A stretch of DNA of 50,636 nucleotides, filler included, from Jimgerdemannia flammicorona (Eukaryota), in assembly GCA_003990765.1 (NCBI GenBank). It is 2 parts of 2 records of this genome, joined end to end, with 100 filler letters (N's around TTAATTAATTAA, not from the genome) between each part and the next. Parts side by side here need not be neighbours in the genome. Positions count along the whole stretch, not along the records: positions 25,370 to 50,636 come from RBNJ01000859.1; 1 more part is not named here. One strand, 5' to 3'. The notes below the pieces were generated by a model. The model made no database searches. It saw only the letters and a program-made list of their open reading frames with translations, and had not been told where the DNA came from. Shown here one piece after another: positions 48,001 through 50,636 of this stretch. How positions within the stretch are numbered: the first letter of the stretch is position 1; the number at the start of each line of letters is the position of its first letter. A program made the translations under genes and the position numbers.

Positions 48001-50630
48001 TGGGCAGGGTTATTGGAGAATTGGGGGGCAGCTAATTTGTGAATTCTGCAGATATAAAAAGAAGTCAATGAGCTAAAGTAAGTATTATGAATGGAGGAAG
48101 AGGTTCAGCTGAAGGGGATGATAGTGAGGCTGCCATAGCAGGAGTTGGAGGAGAGGGAGAGACCTACTATATTTCTTTCACAGTTGCTTCAAGCTCAGAG
48201 TATCAGGCAGCAGTAGGATGGTATTTTGGATGAGGATGGGGAGATGGTGGCAGAGACTCCTAAGATTTTGAGATTGCTGAAGACTCACTGGGGGAATTTA
48301 TGGAGTGATGAAGAAGTAGGTAAGGATGCCTGGAACATTGAATGACAGTTGGAGGATTGGTATCCAGACCCAGCTCTGGGTCTGGGGATACTGAGAGACC
48401 CAGTGCAGGGGGAGGAAGTACATGAGGTCTTGGCTTCAGCAAGTAATAGGACAGCTCCAGGAGAGGATGTACTTCTCTGGAATTTTGGGAAAAAGATAGC
48501 TTGGGTATAGGTAGTATTGAAGGAGATGATGGTAATGAGTTATGAGGTCTTTTGATCTGGAACTTGGATTGTAGACCAGTATCTAGGGCTGGTCTCCTTG
48601 CTCTATAAGGATAAGGAGAGAAGGGAAGATTGGAAGAACTGGCACCCAATCATGCTCCTGGATATAGACTGCAAGCTGGTGACAAAGATCGTTATGACTA
48701 GGCTGCAGGGGATCACTCAACAGATACTGGGAGTGGAGCAGAGGGGATTTGTTGGTGGTCAGTTGATCTAAGATAGAACTGCTTAGGTCTATGGGGTAAT
48801 TAAAGGAGCTCAGATAGCTGGGGTTAATGTCTAGTTAGTGTTTCTGAATCAGGAGAAGGTATATGATAGAGTGAGGAGGGTCTGGCTGGAGAGAGTGCTG
48901 AAATATGTAGAAGTTCCCCCAGAGTTCAGGAGGTCATTGATCAGTCTATTGGAAAACAGTTAGGCAGTATTAGTGGTGAATAGATACAGGGGGGTGACTT
49001 TTCTGCTAGGTCATAGAGTACCACAAGGGGATCCTTTGTTACCCATCCTATATATCCTTTCCTTGGAGTCCCTATTGGTTAGGATCTGGTATTGAATTGA
49101 GGGTTTGGACATTTGGGGGTTTAACTGGAAGGTAGATGACATGGTGGTTGGACTGGGTTTATTAGAGGATGTGGAGGAATTAAGAAGAACTGTGGAATTG
49201 TATGAGAGGGGCTCAGGTGCTAAACTCAATGGGCACAAATGTCAGACTCTGGTGATAGATGGCAGAATAGTTAGTGGTGATGTGATTTGAACAGTGGTTC
49301 CAGTAGAAGAACTTGTCTGGTACTTAGGGATCTACTTTTTGGTGTATAGATCCCTTCTGTTCTATGCATGGTGGGAACAGCAGCTACTAGTATGAGGGGA
49401 TGTTCTCTTGAGGTGGAGTGGTTGGCATATATCCTTGGCAGGAAGGGTGATGGTGCTGAATGTGTATTGGCTACGAAAACTATAATATATGGGATATCAT
49501 CTGGACTTCCCAGCATAGGTGGTCAGGTAACTTCTGAAAATAGCAAGATTGTAGATTTGGGCTGGATGGTATAGTCTGATAGGCTGGGAGATTCTGACTC
49601 TGCCTGTTGATAGAGGCAGGCTGGGCTTAGTAGACTTCACCAAGTGTCTATATTGCTTGAGAGCATGGTGGCTAAAGAGAGCGAGCAAGTTAAGAGGCTG
49701 GGAGTGGGCACCACTTATGCAGAGGGTATGGAAAGTCTGGTACTTCCCTCATGGAGTGACTGGTGACCTGCTTGTAATGGTGGCCATAGATGGGAGCAAG
49801 AGGATGCATTACAAAGGCTTTTGGTGCAAAGTAGTAGATAGTGCAAGGAGAATAGGACTTCAGTAGAGGGGTGATGATGAGGGGGAGGAGGACTGGGGAC
49901 TATGGATGTGGAGATAGAACTGGCAACTGCTGGTAGACATATTGGTGAAGGATTTTCAGCTTGGCAATAGAATGGAATATATGTGGGAGCTCAGGGGGGA
50001 CATGTGGCCTGAAGTATGGCAAAGGGTAGAGATTGGCAAGAAGTGGGACTGGAATAGTGTTTGGCTTTAGAGCAAGCAGGTGATGCAGTGGCTTCTGCCC
50101 AAGTTCTGAGTGATATAGTGGAGGTTCCTAAGATGGAATGTGATGCTAAACTATCAGTCAGAGTATTTGATGGTGGATGGCACATTTGAGTATAAGGAAT
50201 GCATGGACATTGGCCAGGAGGGGGGAGTGGTACAAATGCCTAAACATTGGCTAGAGAAGTGAGAAGTCTTGGGGGAGTTTTGGCACAGTATTACTAGCAG
50301 ACTGGGATTGCAGCCCCTGGTGAAGGGGGAAGGAGGGAGATTGGGAGACCTCTGGCATAGGTTAGTGGGCAGGGTTGGGGATGAATGGTTGACCTTGGGA
50401 TAGACCCTGGTAATTTGGGTAGAGCTGGCCAATCATTGGCTTCATGTCTTTGAAGAGGGCCAGCAGGTTGCAGTTGGAGCTAGGGTAGCACATTGAGAAT
50501 GGTTAATACTGGACATTTTGAATGGTCGGTAGAGAGAGTGGGGACAAGGTGGGGGGGGCCATCAGAATCTGGTGAACTGTATTTATAAGAAAAGTGGAGT
50601 GAGGGTTCAGGTGACAGATGGGTAGATTGT
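45012..50630 (+). mobile_element. LINE F, near full-length degenerate L1/Tx1-type element (LINE B-like), 3' end cut at the window edge
   Basis: The 5' UTR (..TAACATTCAGATGACACAAGACT) matches LINE B. ORF1 TFANKVKMG.. ~45090-46990; ORF2 from ~47030 (NSITRIFSLNVNG, GGDFN, PQGDP, GAKLN) with numerous stops. Confidence 0.9.
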
Positions 50631-50636
50631 TTTTTT

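Overview
Eukaryotic, almost certainly fungal, intron-rich genomic DNA. A probable U12 intron, a DEG15/TYSND1 gene and expanded BTB genes suggest an early-diverging lineage such as Mucoromycota (inference). The window is two segments joined by an artificial N/TTAATTAATTAA spacer (25270-25369), so adjacency across it is unproven. The left segment holds four CpG-rich spliced genes (TYSND1/DEG15-like peroxisomal protease ending SKL, BFR1-like, PA2G4/Cdb4-like, MATH-BTB) and a tandem array of intronless BTB-SPRY genes (two intact, one disrupted, one remnant). A non-autonomous LTR element carrying two nested poly(A) retroinsertions sits in the remnant's promoter. The right segment is a CpG-depleted stack of L1/Tx1-type LINEs nested four deep, two hAT-type foldback MITEs and a decayed BED-finger hAT 5' end. 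Most notable: (1) a TSD-flanked, polyadenylated composite retroelement made of a LINE 5' UTR, a ~1.25 kb 9-bp VNTR and a unique 3' tail, analogous in architecture to SVA; (2) a candidate AT-AC minor-spliceosome intron; (3) position-polarised C>T/G>A hypermutation of the LTRs that spares the adjacent duplicated genes.
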